Source of the DNA: an uncultured Lachnospiraceae bacterium
Lineage (GTDB): Bacteria; Bacillota; Clostridia; Lachnospirales; Lachnospiraceae
Direction of reading: 5' to 3'
NCBI GenBank assembly: GCA_944380315.1
Contig: CALWHG010000006.1
Coordinates: 7,387-71,386, forward strand
Length of the DNA stretch: 64,000 bases
Position 1 is the first letter of the stretch, and each line of letters opens with the position of its first letter. Both the position numbers and the translations under genes were made by a program. Positions 35,894-44,180 of this stretch are shown here, in pieces. A model generated the notes under the pieces. The model saw nothing but the letters and a program-made list of their open reading frames with translations. It was not told where the DNA came from and searched no databases.

Positions 35894-36379
35894 CTAAGCC
35901 CTTATATATCTTGATGCACGCGCCTGGCCTATCCTTCTTATGCTTCCTTCCTTTATCATATTGCCGAGAACTGCCTCTACCGTAGTAGGACTTACATCTG
36001 GTAAAAGCTCGCATATCTCTGCCTTGGAGACAGGCGTCAGGCTGTTCAGTACCACAGCCTCTACACGTGCCTTTTTTGTGATCCTTTTACCGTTGACCAC
36101 CGCAAATCTTTTATCCAGCTCCTTATAGCACATATACAGGGTGGAAAGGAAATTATTGATAAATGGTATATAAGTGTTTTCGTTGGACTCCCACCCCTCT
36201 GAAGAATGTCTCAGGGCCTCATAATAATAAGCCTTGTTTTTATTTATCTGCTCCTCAAAGGAGATATACCTGCCTATGTCATAGCCATTTTTATAAAGCA
36301 AGAGCAGCGAAAGCAGACGTGACATCCTTCCGTTTCCGTCTCTGAATGGATGGATGCACAAAAAGCGGCCCATCTCCAT
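35894..36379 (-). pseudogene. N-terminally truncated Fic-domain gene (Fic motif plus C-terminal winged-helix only)
   Basis: The ORF opens 9 residues before the Fic motif HPFRDGNGRMSRLL. There is no Shine-Dalgarno sequence in the 32-nt gap to the upstream stop. Full-length Fic proteins of this type carry roughly 150-200 more N-terminal residues. Confidence 0.6.
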
Positions 36380-36411
36380 ATAAATGAGAAAGGGCCAAAA
36401 TACAATGTTCC

Positions 36412-37968
36412 TTATAATCCCGCTCCGGGCCCTGCATCGGTCTCCTGAACTACAGGTGCATCCTTGTCAAGCTGTGACAGGGATTCAGCCACGCTCTGAG
36501 ACTCCTGTTCCGGACTGGGGTCAGCACCAGGGCCTTCTGCTCCCGGCCCACCGGAAGGCCCCTGCTCTTCGACAGGTGCCGTAGGCCTGTCCACAGGCCT
36601 GCCCTCCTCCTGAGTAGGCCTCGTCTCATCCGCCTCAGAGGGCTCTGTCGGTCTATCTGCGGGCCTTTCCTCTGTATCTTCCCCGGGATCAGCATCATCT
36701 GATGCAGGCTCTGAGCCCTCCTCCGTGGGATCCGACTCACTTTCGGCTTCAGTTTCCTCCTCAGACTCAACATCTGATTCAGACTCGCTCTCGTCCTCTG
36801 ACTCTGCAGGCTCTGTCGTCTCGGAGGGTGTCTCGGGAAGGGCCTCAGTCTCCGGAGCTTCAGTGGCAGGAGCCTGCTCGCCGGAGGATCCTCCTACCTG
36901 GGGCACGGGAGCTGCGTCTCCAGCCTCTCCAAGGCCGCTGTCCGATGCGATCCGTGCGCTTATATCCTTCACAGACTGAGGAGCCTCATAATCCTCGTCT
37001 CCAAAGAGGAACTGGTGGAGCATGATCACATTGCTCTCAAGGGTAGTGGGGATGACGTAGTTTTGTGAGCCTATATCCTCAGTCTGCCTTGAGAAGGGGA
37101 AGCCCGAGGAAGCATCCTCAGGGATATTGAACTTATAAAGCGTATTTATGACGGGTATGATGTCTCCCAGGTCCACGCTTGTGGATACCTCGCTCATGAG
37201 GGACTGCACCACTGCTATGAGAGTCAGGGGATCAGCCTGCTTTGCCTTGTCCAGGGCCAGGCTCAGCACCTTACGCTGCCTTGCAGTACGCTGAAAGTCA
37301 GTGTCCATGAGCCTAAGCCTTCCGTAGGCCACTGCCTGTACTCCGTCCAGGTGGTTCCAGCCCGCTGACTTGAGATGTACCGAGGGTATGCCCGTCGCCT
37401 CCACTGTCTCTGTTATGAAGGCATTTATATATCGGAACTCAGCATCAGTGATCTCCAGGTCTATGCCATTGACAGCATTTATCATGGTAGCTACCGTACC
37501 CCAGCTGAAAGTGGCATAGTCATCTATCTGTATGTCCAGGTTCTCCTCCAGGGCTGCCACAGCCTGCTCATGGCCGCCGCGCTCATAGGCCTTGTTTATC
37601 TTGCCGTACTCCCCGTCCTCCGATACCTTGAGATAGGTATCGCGGAATACTGAGCAGAGCTTTATGTCTCCGGTCTTGCGGTCCACATTGACCAGCATGA
37701 TGACATCCGATCTGGTGCCGCTCTCAAGCTGTCCGTCTCTGGAGTCCACGCCAAATACGGCTACTGTCCAGTTCCTGCCGGTCCTCAAGTGATTGTAAAG
37801 CAGCACACCTGCGACGGCGAGCAGCAGGATCAGGAGCACAAAGGGCCATCTCCTCCTTTTCTTTTTCCGGTGGTGGTCTCTCTGCCTTCCCCTGTCCCGT
37901 CCGGCATCCAGCTCCACATCCTCAAGGAATATATCATTTTCCGCATGCTTAAGTCTTTTCTGCGCCAT
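36412..37968 (-). CDS. LytR-CpsA-Psr (LCP) family cell-wall glycopolymer ligase with an about 177-aa acidic Pro/Glu/Ser-rich C-terminal tail
   Basis: N-terminal TM, then VFGVDSRD...RSDVIMLVNVD...SVFRDTY (the LCP core). The tail from about 36945 to 36415 is low-complexity and acidic. Confidence 0.85.
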   Translation of the reverse strand: MAQKRLKHAENDIFLEDVELDAGRDRGRQRDHHRKKKRRRWPFVLLILLLAVAGVLLYNHLRTGRNWTVAVFGVDSRDGQLESGTRSDVIMLVNVDRKTGDIKLCSVFRDTYLKVSEDGEYGKINKAYERGGHEQAVAALEENLDIQIDDYATFSWGTVATMINAVNGIDLEITDAEFRYINAFITETVEATGIPSVHLKSAGWNHLDGVQAVAYGRLRLMDTDFQRTARQRKVLSLALDKAKQADPLTLIAVVQSLMSEVSTSVDLGDIIPVINTLYKFNIPEDASSGFPFSRQTEDIGSQNYVIPTTLESNVIMLHQFLFGDEDYEAPQSVKDISARIASDSGLGEAGDAAPVPQVGGSSGEQAPATEAPETEALPETPSETTEPAESEDESESESDVESEEETEAESESDPTEEGSEPASDDADPGEDTEERPADRPTEPSEADETRPTQEEGRPVDRPTAPVEEQGPSGGPGAEGPGADPSPEQESQSVAESLSQLDKDAPVVQETDAGPGAGL

Positions 37969-38063
37969 ATTTTCTCCCTATTAAAAACTCCCGCCCAAAA
38001 GGCCCCAGGGCCAGTCAAACGGGAAATATCCATATCCTGTGATATGCTATTATACATTATCCT

Positions 38064-39344
38064 TCAGGGATTTCTATGAAGCTTCTGAAAAGATTTTCTT
38101 ACAAATCCCATAAGCCTCTCTATGGGCAGTATCAGGAGCCTGTCCACTCCAAAGGCTGCCGCAGCCGATATGATCAGTGTGATCGCAGACAGCAGCAGGC
38201 ACCTGGTCCCGGAAAGCTCAATGATACCAAGACCGAAATGTCTCTTTACGGGCCAGAAGACGACCCACCAGTGTATGAGTATGATACCAAGGCTGTGCCG
38301 ACTGAGAAAGCCGACCACCTTAAGCAGATGCCTCTCTCTCAGAAGGCCTCCAAGGTGCAGTACTGCAGAAAAGAGTCCCGCTGAAAATATGATCATGACC
38401 GGAGCCGTACCGGTGCAGAGCTGCATGTAGTCACAGCCAAGATATACACAGGCAGCCATACATACGGCTGCGCCCGCACCGAGGGCCATGATCATGCCGT
38501 CGAAGCGCCTGGTCTCCTCAAGAGACAGGAAATATCCCAGTATGGCTGCTCCCGCCCAGGAGCCAAGGAAGGTGCTGATGCCAAAGCCTCCAAGCAGCAG
38601 AGGCAGATAAGCGGCCGCTCCCATAAAGCATATGCAGAGCACCGAAAGTGTGCCTGCGGTCCTGTAGGGCATGTCCCTCAGCATGTATCTGAAAAATGGA
38701 AATACCACATAAAGGGACATGATGGTATATATGAGCCAGTAATAAGGGGTCTCAGGGGTACTGCCGCTTATCAGGTTGCCCAGCACCAGACCTGCAGCCT
38801 CCATAAAGCTCATGCCCGTGATGATACGGTTTTCCCAGAGATAGAAGGTATAGTAAAGCAGCAGCGGCAGGAGAAGCTTCGTGATCCTTTTGCGGTAGAA
38901 CTCCCATATGCTTTCCTCCTTCCAGCGAAGGAGCAGGGCTCCACTCAGCATGACATATATGGGATTGCAGCATAAAGTCACAAGGCTCAGGAGCTGCTGA
39001 TCCCTATGGGGCTCCGAAGCCACCGCCATATTTGTCTGAAACACATGTGTCACTATGACGAAGCATGCGGCAAGGGCTCTCAGGAGGTCGTACTCCGCCC
39101 TCCTTCGTGAGCCTGAGACTCCATCCGCAGCCTTCGTGTCACCAGCCCAGGAGGCACTGCCTCTGAGGGCCTTGTCCTGAGCGGCACCATCCCTGGCGTT
39201 GAGCACCACCCCAAAAGCCATGATCAGCGTCACCGCAGCAAAAAAAGCGCTGGGCTGCATGTCATCATAATACAGGAAGACTGCCAGCATCAGCGCTGCA
39301 TAAGCTGTCCAAACTATATATCTTTTAGCCTGCAAAATAAGCAT
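38064..39344 (-). CDS. Acyltransferase family 3 membrane protein (O-acyltransferase)
   Basis: 426 aa, polytopic, with LLRALAACFVIVTHVF (the Acyl_transf_3 His motif). Confidence 0.8.
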   Translation of the reverse strand: MLILQAKRYIVWTAYAALMLAVFLYYDDMQPSAFFAAVTLIMAFGVVLNARDGAAQDKALRGSASWAGDTKAADGVSGSRRRAEYDLLRALAACFVIVTHVFQTNMAVASEPHRDQQLLSLVTLCCNPIYVMLSGALLLRWKEESIWEFYRKRITKLLLPLLLYYTFYLWENRIITGMSFMEAAGLVLGNLISGSTPETPYYWLIYTIMSLYVVFPFFRYMLRDMPYRTAGTLSVLCICFMGAAAYLPLLLGGFGISTFLGSWAGAAILGYFLSLEETRRFDGMIMALGAGAAVCMAACVYLGCDYMQLCTGTAPVMIIFSAGLFSAVLHLGGLLRERHLLKVVGFLSRHSLGIILIHWWVVFWPVKRHFGLGIIELSGTRCLLLSAITLIISAAAAFGVDRLLILPIERLMGFVRKSFQKLHRNP

Positions 39345-40362
39345 TTATACCTGCCAGCAATCCCTCAGCCCTGACAGCCAGGTCCTCATCCGTATGGGAG
39401 GAGCACTGATTGCCGAGCTCTATGTCTATGGACGGTATGGTGCTGTAGGAGGTCTGGGTCAGATCCATGTCCAGGGGATTTGAGCCCCAGATCTTGAGAC
39501 CCTGGCCCTTGAGCCCCTCTATGAGGGCATCGCCCAGTTCCTCATGCTCCTGCCAATGCTGGCTCACGGGATACATGGACTTGAGTCCGTCAGGAACTGA
39601 CATATAGAAGCAGCCCTTGACCGTGGAAAGTCCATCACTGTCCCAGTGGAGTGCTATATGGCAGTCGGCCACATTGTTGGCTATGACCGTGCGTGCCACA
39701 TTGTCCAGCTGGACATCCTCTCCATCCCTGAGCATGAGCACGTCATATCCCGCTGAAAGGAGCCTGTCCTTTAGTATCTGAGCCATGCGCAGTGTGACCG
39801 TCTTCTCCGGAGTCCCGTCCTTAAAGGTCATGCCTGAGGACACTGCCACAGCCTTGGTGGCTCCGGCCGCAGTGGTGCCTCCCGTCACCTTGGGAGTCAT
39901 GTCCGGATGGCAGTAGGTCTTTACGGAGGATCCGCCCTCCGTACCATGCCCTGCATTGACTGCTATGACTATGTCCTTCCTGCTGCCCTGGGCCCTGTAA
40001 TACACTGCCTTGCCGGAGCTGATGGCTGCAAAGGAGGCAAACTCCCAGTCAGGGGACAGACCTATCTCCTCGCCATCCGCATATCCACTGTCAGCTGAGA
40101 CCGCAGCTTCAGTTTCCACTACAGCCTCAGGTTCTGCCGCAGCCTTCGTCTCTGCAGAGCTCTCAGCAGCAGGAGCTTCGGTAAGACTGAGCTCGACCCC
40201 GGGACCGGCATCGGCGGGATCCTTTATGACAGTGACCTCCCGAAGGGGAGCCTCCTGTCCTGCGCCCACTGCGCTGCCCACGTCCATCATATCTACTGAG
40301 ATCGCCAGCACTGCCACGCATATGGCAGTGCCTGCTACGCTCCATATCCATCTCCTGCTCAT
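39325..40362 (-). CDS. N-acetylmuramoyl-L-alanine amidase (Amidase_3) with an N-terminal membrane anchor
   Basis: TM helix, Ala/Glu-rich linker, then VIAVNAGHGTEGG...CHIALHWDS...SIDIELGN. Confidence 0.8.
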   Translation of the reverse strand: MSRRWIWSVAGTAICVAVLAISVDMMDVGSAVGAGQEAPLREVTVIKDPADAGPGVELSLTEAPAAESSAETKAAAEPEAVVETEAAVSADSGYADGEEIGLSPDWEFASFAAISSGKAVYYRAQGSRKDIVIAVNAGHGTEGGSSVKTYCHPDMTPKVTGGTTAAGATKAVAVSSGMTFKDGTPEKTVTLRMAQILKDRLLSAGYDVLMLRDGEDVQLDNVARTVIANNVADCHIALHWDSDGLSTVKGCFYMSVPDGLKSMYPVSQHWQEHEELGDALIEGLKGQGLKIWGSNPLDMDLTQTSYSTIPSIDIELGNQCSSHTDEDLAVRAEGLLAGINAYFAG

Positions 40363-41501
40363 ACTATGATACCTCCTCCGAGTATCCTCTGCTCATCATC
40401 GTAAAATACTGCTGCCTGCCCCGGGGTCACCGCCCTGACAGGCTCACAGAACCTGACCAGCACCTCATCCGGCTGCTCAGGGCTCAGGCTCAGCCTTGCT
40501 CTGGTGCCCTGGTGGCCGTAGCGTACCTTGACATCTGCCTCTATGGACTCCTCTGCTCCAAGTCTCATGAGCGTCTCCGGATCCATCAGCTGCCAGTTCA
40601 GCTCCCTGACCCTTGCACTGTCCGTATAGAGCGCCGCATCATCGGAAAGCACCACCTGATCCTTATCCGGCAGTATCTCCTTTACAAAGGCTCTCCTGCC
40701 CAGGGCTATGTTGAGTCCCTTCCTCTGGCCTATGGTATAGTTTATGATGCCTTCATGGGTGCCAAGGACCCTGCCCTCAGTATCCACAAAGCTGCCCTTC
40801 CTGTCTATCCTCTTCCGAAGCTCCCCTGCGGCTTCAGCCTTTTCTGCCTCAGTCATGGGCTGTCCCTCAAAGAGTATGTCCAGATTATCCTTTGTGAAGG
40901 AGACATAGTCACCGCTTTCTATGAAGCATATCTCCTGAGAGTCCGGTTTGTCCTCCGTGCCCAGGCCTATGCGCCTCGCAAGCTCTCTCACATCCTCCTT
41001 ATAATAGCCGTAGAGAGGCATAAGCGTATGGCTGAGCTCCTCCTGGGTAAGGTTGTAGAGAGCATAGCTCTGGTCCTTCTTAAGGCGCACCGCCTTTTTT
41101 ATGCACCAGCGTCCGGAGCTCTCATCAAGGCTCACTCCCGCATAATGTCCCGTGGCCACATGCTCCGCTCCCGTCTCCCTCATGGCATCCAGGAGCGCAG
41201 GCCATTTGACTGTGCGGTTGCACAGACAGCAGGGATTGGGGGTCCTGCCCTCTATATAGGACCTCATGAGATAGCTCACTACCTCATGGCAGAACTCCTT
41301 TCGTCTGTCTACCACCAGGAAGTCTATGCCGAGCCTTGAGGCCAGTCTCCCGGCAAGCTCGCATTCTCTTTTGGAGCTCTCCGTATCAAAGGATCTCATG
41401 AAGCAGCCGACCACCTCATGGCCCTGCTCCCTTAGAAGGAAGGCCGCCACTGAGCTGTCCACACCTCCGGAAAGTCCTATGATCGTCTTATCTTCATTCA
41501 T
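40359..41501 (-). CDS. mnmA: tRNA 2-thiouridine(34) synthase
   Basis: PP-loop IGLSGGVDSSVAA, NPCCLCNRTVKW and HVATGHYA. Confidence 0.92.
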   Translation of the reverse strand: MNEDKTIIGLSGGVDSSVAAFLLREQGHEVVGCFMRSFDTESSKRECELAGRLASRLGIDFLVVDRRKEFCHEVVSYLMRSYIEGRTPNPCCLCNRTVKWPALLDAMRETGAEHVATGHYAGVSLDESSGRWCIKKAVRLKKDQSYALYNLTQEELSHTLMPLYGYYKEDVRELARRIGLGTEDKPDSQEICFIESGDYVSFTKDNLDILFEGQPMTEAEKAEAAGELRKRIDRKGSFVDTEGRVLGTHEGIINYTIGQRKGLNIALGRRAFVKEILPDKDQVVLSDDAALYTDSARVRELNWQLMDPETLMRLGAEESIEADVKVRYGHQGTRARLSLSPEQPDEVLVRFCEPVRAVTPGQAAVFYDDEQRILGGGIIV

Positions 41502-42322
41502 ACCATCAGTCCGAAATAAACCAAAACTATGATGCCAAGCACTATCCTGTAATAGCCGAAGACAGTGAAATCATGCTTCCTTATATAGCCCATCAGGTAC
41601 TTGACCGTATAAAGGGCCACTATGAAGGATACTACCATACCAAGTATCAGTATGGCTATCTGAGCTCCGGTAAATGCAAAGCCGAATTTCAGCATCTTAA
41701 TAAGGCTGGCTCCCGCCATGGCAGGTATGCCCAGGAAAAATGAAAACTCAGCGGAGGCGCTCCTTGAGCAACCCAGCAGCATGGCTCCGAGTATGGTAGC
41801 TCCTGACCTTGAAGTGCCCGGTATCAGTGACAGGCACTGGAAGCAGCCTATGAGGAAAGCCGTGCGTATGTCTATCTGTGAGGTCTTCCTTATGGCAAAG
41901 CTCCTGCCCCTGTAGGCCCTTTCCAGCACTATGAACAGCACGCCATACACAAGCAGGGTGATGCCTATGACCGTAGGCGTACTCAGATGGCTGTCTATAA
42001 GATCGTCAAAGGGTATGCCTATGAGGGCCGCAGGTATGCTGGCTATGAATATCTTTGCCCAGAGCACCAGGGTGTCCTCCCTCTGTGACCTGGTCTTGCT
42101 CCTGGAGAAGGGCCAGAGCTTCTGCCAGTAAAGCAGGACTATGGCCATGATGGCTCCCAGCTGTATGACCACCTTGAACACATTGAAGAACTCCTCAGGC
42201 TGATCAAGGTGCACCAGATTCTCCACAAGTATCAGATGTCCTGTGGAGGATATGGGCAGCCACTCTGTATATCCCTCGACTATGCCGAAAAGTATGACCT
42301 TAAGTATCTCTAAGATATCCAT
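41498..42322 (-). CDS. uppP: Undecaprenyl-diphosphate phosphatase
   Basis: 274 aa: GIVEGYTEWLPISSTGHL and PGTSRSGATI (BacA motifs). Confidence 0.92.
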   Translation of the reverse strand: MDILEILKVILFGIVEGYTEWLPISSTGHLILVENLVHLDQPEEFFNVFKVVIQLGAIMAIVLLYWQKLWPFSRSKTRSQREDTLVLWAKIFIASIPAALIGIPFDDLIDSHLSTPTVIGITLLVYGVLFIVLERAYRGRSFAIRKTSQIDIRTAFLIGCFQCLSLIPGTSRSGATILGAMLLGCSRSASAEFSFFLGIPAMAGASLIKMLKFGFAFTGAQIAILILGMVVSFIVALYTVKYLMGYIRKHDFTVFGYYRIVLGIIVLVYFGLMV

Positions 42323-42340
42323 ATGTATGTACCATTCCTA

Positions 42341-43012
42341 TCAGATATTTGGTATCTGCCAGTCTATGGGCTCCTCTCCATGCTCCCTGAGGAACTCGTT
42401 GCAGGCCCTGAAATGTCCGCAGCCGAAAAAGCCTCTGGAGGCAGACAGGGGGCTGGGGTGCGGAGCCTTGAGTATGAGATGCTTCGGATTGTGGAGCATG
42501 GCAGCCTTTTCCCCTGCAGGCTTGCCCCAGAGCATAAACACCACAGGGCGATCGAGCCTGTCCACGGCCTCTATGGCCGCATCCGTAAACTGCTCCCAGC
42601 CTATGCCCCTGTGGGAAAAGGCCTGATGAGCCCTGACCGTCAGCACCGTGTTGAGAAGCAGCACTCCCTGCTTGGCCCAGGGCACCAGGTAGCCGTTGTT
42701 TGGTATGTAGCAGCCCAGCTCCTCATGGAGCTCCTTATATATGTTCTGCAGTGAGGGCGGTATGTCCACTCCCGGCTTTACCGAGAAGCAGAGTCCATGG
42801 GCCTGGCCATCGTTATGATAGGGATCCTGCCCCAGTATGACTACCTTTACGGAGCCAAGAGGAGTCAGGGAAAATGCTGAATACAGATCCCTGCTCTCAG
42901 GGAATACCTTGAAGTGCCTGTATTCATAATTTACCTTATTATAGAGCTCTCTGTAATAGCTCTTTTTGAATTCCGGGCTCAGAGCCGGAAGCCAGTCATT
43001 GTCTATAGCCAT
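42341..43012 (-). CDS. ung: Uracil-DNA glycosylase
   Basis: VVILGQDPYH, GVLLLNTVLTV and HPSPLSA. Start trimmed from TTG 43069 to ATG 43012, directly after the nrdB stop. Confidence 0.9.
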   Translation of the reverse strand: MAIDNDWLPALSPEFKKSYYRELYNKVNYEYRHFKVFPESRDLYSAFSLTPLGSVKVVILGQDPYHNDGQAHGLCFSVKPGVDIPPSLQNIYKELHEELGCYIPNNGYLVPWAKQGVLLLNTVLTVRAHQAFSHRGIGWEQFTDAAIEAVDRLDRPVVFMLWGKPAGEKAAMLHNPKHLILKAPHPSPLSASRGFFGCGHFRACNEFLREHGEEPIDWQIPNI

Positions 43013-43013
43013 A

Positions 43014-44075
43014 TCAAAGATCATCCACAAGGGCCGTGCTCTTGGCGTAAGCCGTGCTCTTGGCCTCAAAGAAATCCGTCTTTACCATATTGGCATTTGA
43101 ATAGGAGGATACCCACTTCATGTCCTCGGGCTCTGCGGTCTTGCCCTCATAAATGGGCTCATAGCCAAGGGAGGTGAAGCGAAGGTTGCCAAGATATTCT
43201 ATATAGTCGGTGACCATCTGCTTTGTGAGACCGCTTATATTGTCTCCTATGACATAATGGCCCCAGGCTATCTCCTGACGCACTCCCTCCTTTATCATCT
43301 CTCGGAGCTCATCCACCACCTCAGGTGTAAACAGCTCCGGCTCCTCCTTCTGGAGCTCCCTTATGATGTTGCGGAACAGCCACAGATGAGTATTTTCATC
43401 CCTGTTTATATACCTGATCTCCTGGGCTGAGCCGGGCATCTTGCCGTTCCTTGCCAGGTTGTAGAAGAACATGAAGCCCGAGTAGAAATATATGCCCTCA
43501 AGTATATAGTTGCCCATCATGACCTTGAGAAGCGTATGGGCATCCTTCCTGGTCTGGAACTCATTATAGATGTTGCCTATGAATTCGTTGCGACGGAGCA
43601 GGTGCTCGTCTGTCTTCCACTGATAGAGTATGTCGTTCCTTTCCTCAGGAGAGCATATGGTGTCCAGCATATAGGAATAGGACTGACTGTGTATGCACTC
43701 CTGGAAGGTCTGGATATTGAGGCAGAGGTTTATCTCATTTGCCGTGATGTACTCTCCCACGCAGGGAAGGTTGGCGGTCTGTATGCTGTCAAGGAATACC
43801 AGGAAGGACAGTATCTTGTCATAGGCCGTCCTCTCGTACCTGTCGAGCTTGGGATAATCCTTGACATCCTGACTCAGATTTATCTCCTCGGGTATCCAGA
43901 AGTTGTTCATGGCCTGGCGGTACCAGTCCGATACCCAGGGGTATTTCATGTTGTTGAAATCATTGAGATTCGTTGTATTGCCGCCTATCATCCTGCGGAG
44001 TCGTACCTCCGTATCCCCCTGGGGATTGAACAGCGGCTTATGGGGAAGCTGAGAATGCAGCTCAAGTCCTGACAT
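43014..44075 (-). CDS. nrdB: Ribonucleoside-diphosphate reductase beta subunit (class I)
   Basis: Ferritin-like di-iron motifs (FLDSIQ, ECIHSQSYSY, YILEGIYFYSGF, NRDENTHL). Confidence 0.9.
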   Translation of the reverse strand: MSGLELHSQLPHKPLFNPQGDTEVRLRRMIGGNTTNLNDFNNMKYPWVSDWYRQAMNNFWIPEEINLSQDVKDYPKLDRYERTAYDKILSFLVFLDSIQTANLPCVGEYITANEINLCLNIQTFQECIHSQSYSYMLDTICSPEERNDILYQWKTDEHLLRRNEFIGNIYNEFQTRKDAHTLLKVMMGNYILEGIYFYSGFMFFYNLARNGKMPGSAQEIRYINRDENTHLWLFRNIIRELQKEEPELFTPEVVDELREMIKEGVRQEIAWGHYVIGDNISGLTKQMVTDYIEYLGNLRFTSLGYEPIYEGKTAEPEDMKWVSSYSNANMVKTDFFEAKSTAYAKSTALVDDL

Positions 44076-44180
44076 ATGTCCTCCTTATGTATGTTGATCT
44101 GTCAGCGCAGCCGCTCCCTCCTAGGAAGGAGCTCCTGGCATATGCTATTGGCATGCGCTATGGGCATGTACCTCATGACC

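Noticed and set aside
36450-37025. Overlapping ORFs in other frames and on the other strand (36450-36773, 36702-37025, 36725-36979) within the LCP tail region.
   Set aside because: These are artefacts of low-complexity GA/CT-rich repeats that keep several frames open. None has a start context, and the LCP frame is continuous from a bona fide catalytic domain.
44076-44180. A hairpin (GCTCCTTCC-ta-GGAGGGAGC on the minus strand) in the nrdA-nrdB spacer as a terminator, or an NrdR box.
   Set aside because: No U-tract follows it and the loop is too small. There is no match to the NrdR box consensus. It is probably just an mRNA structural element within the operon.
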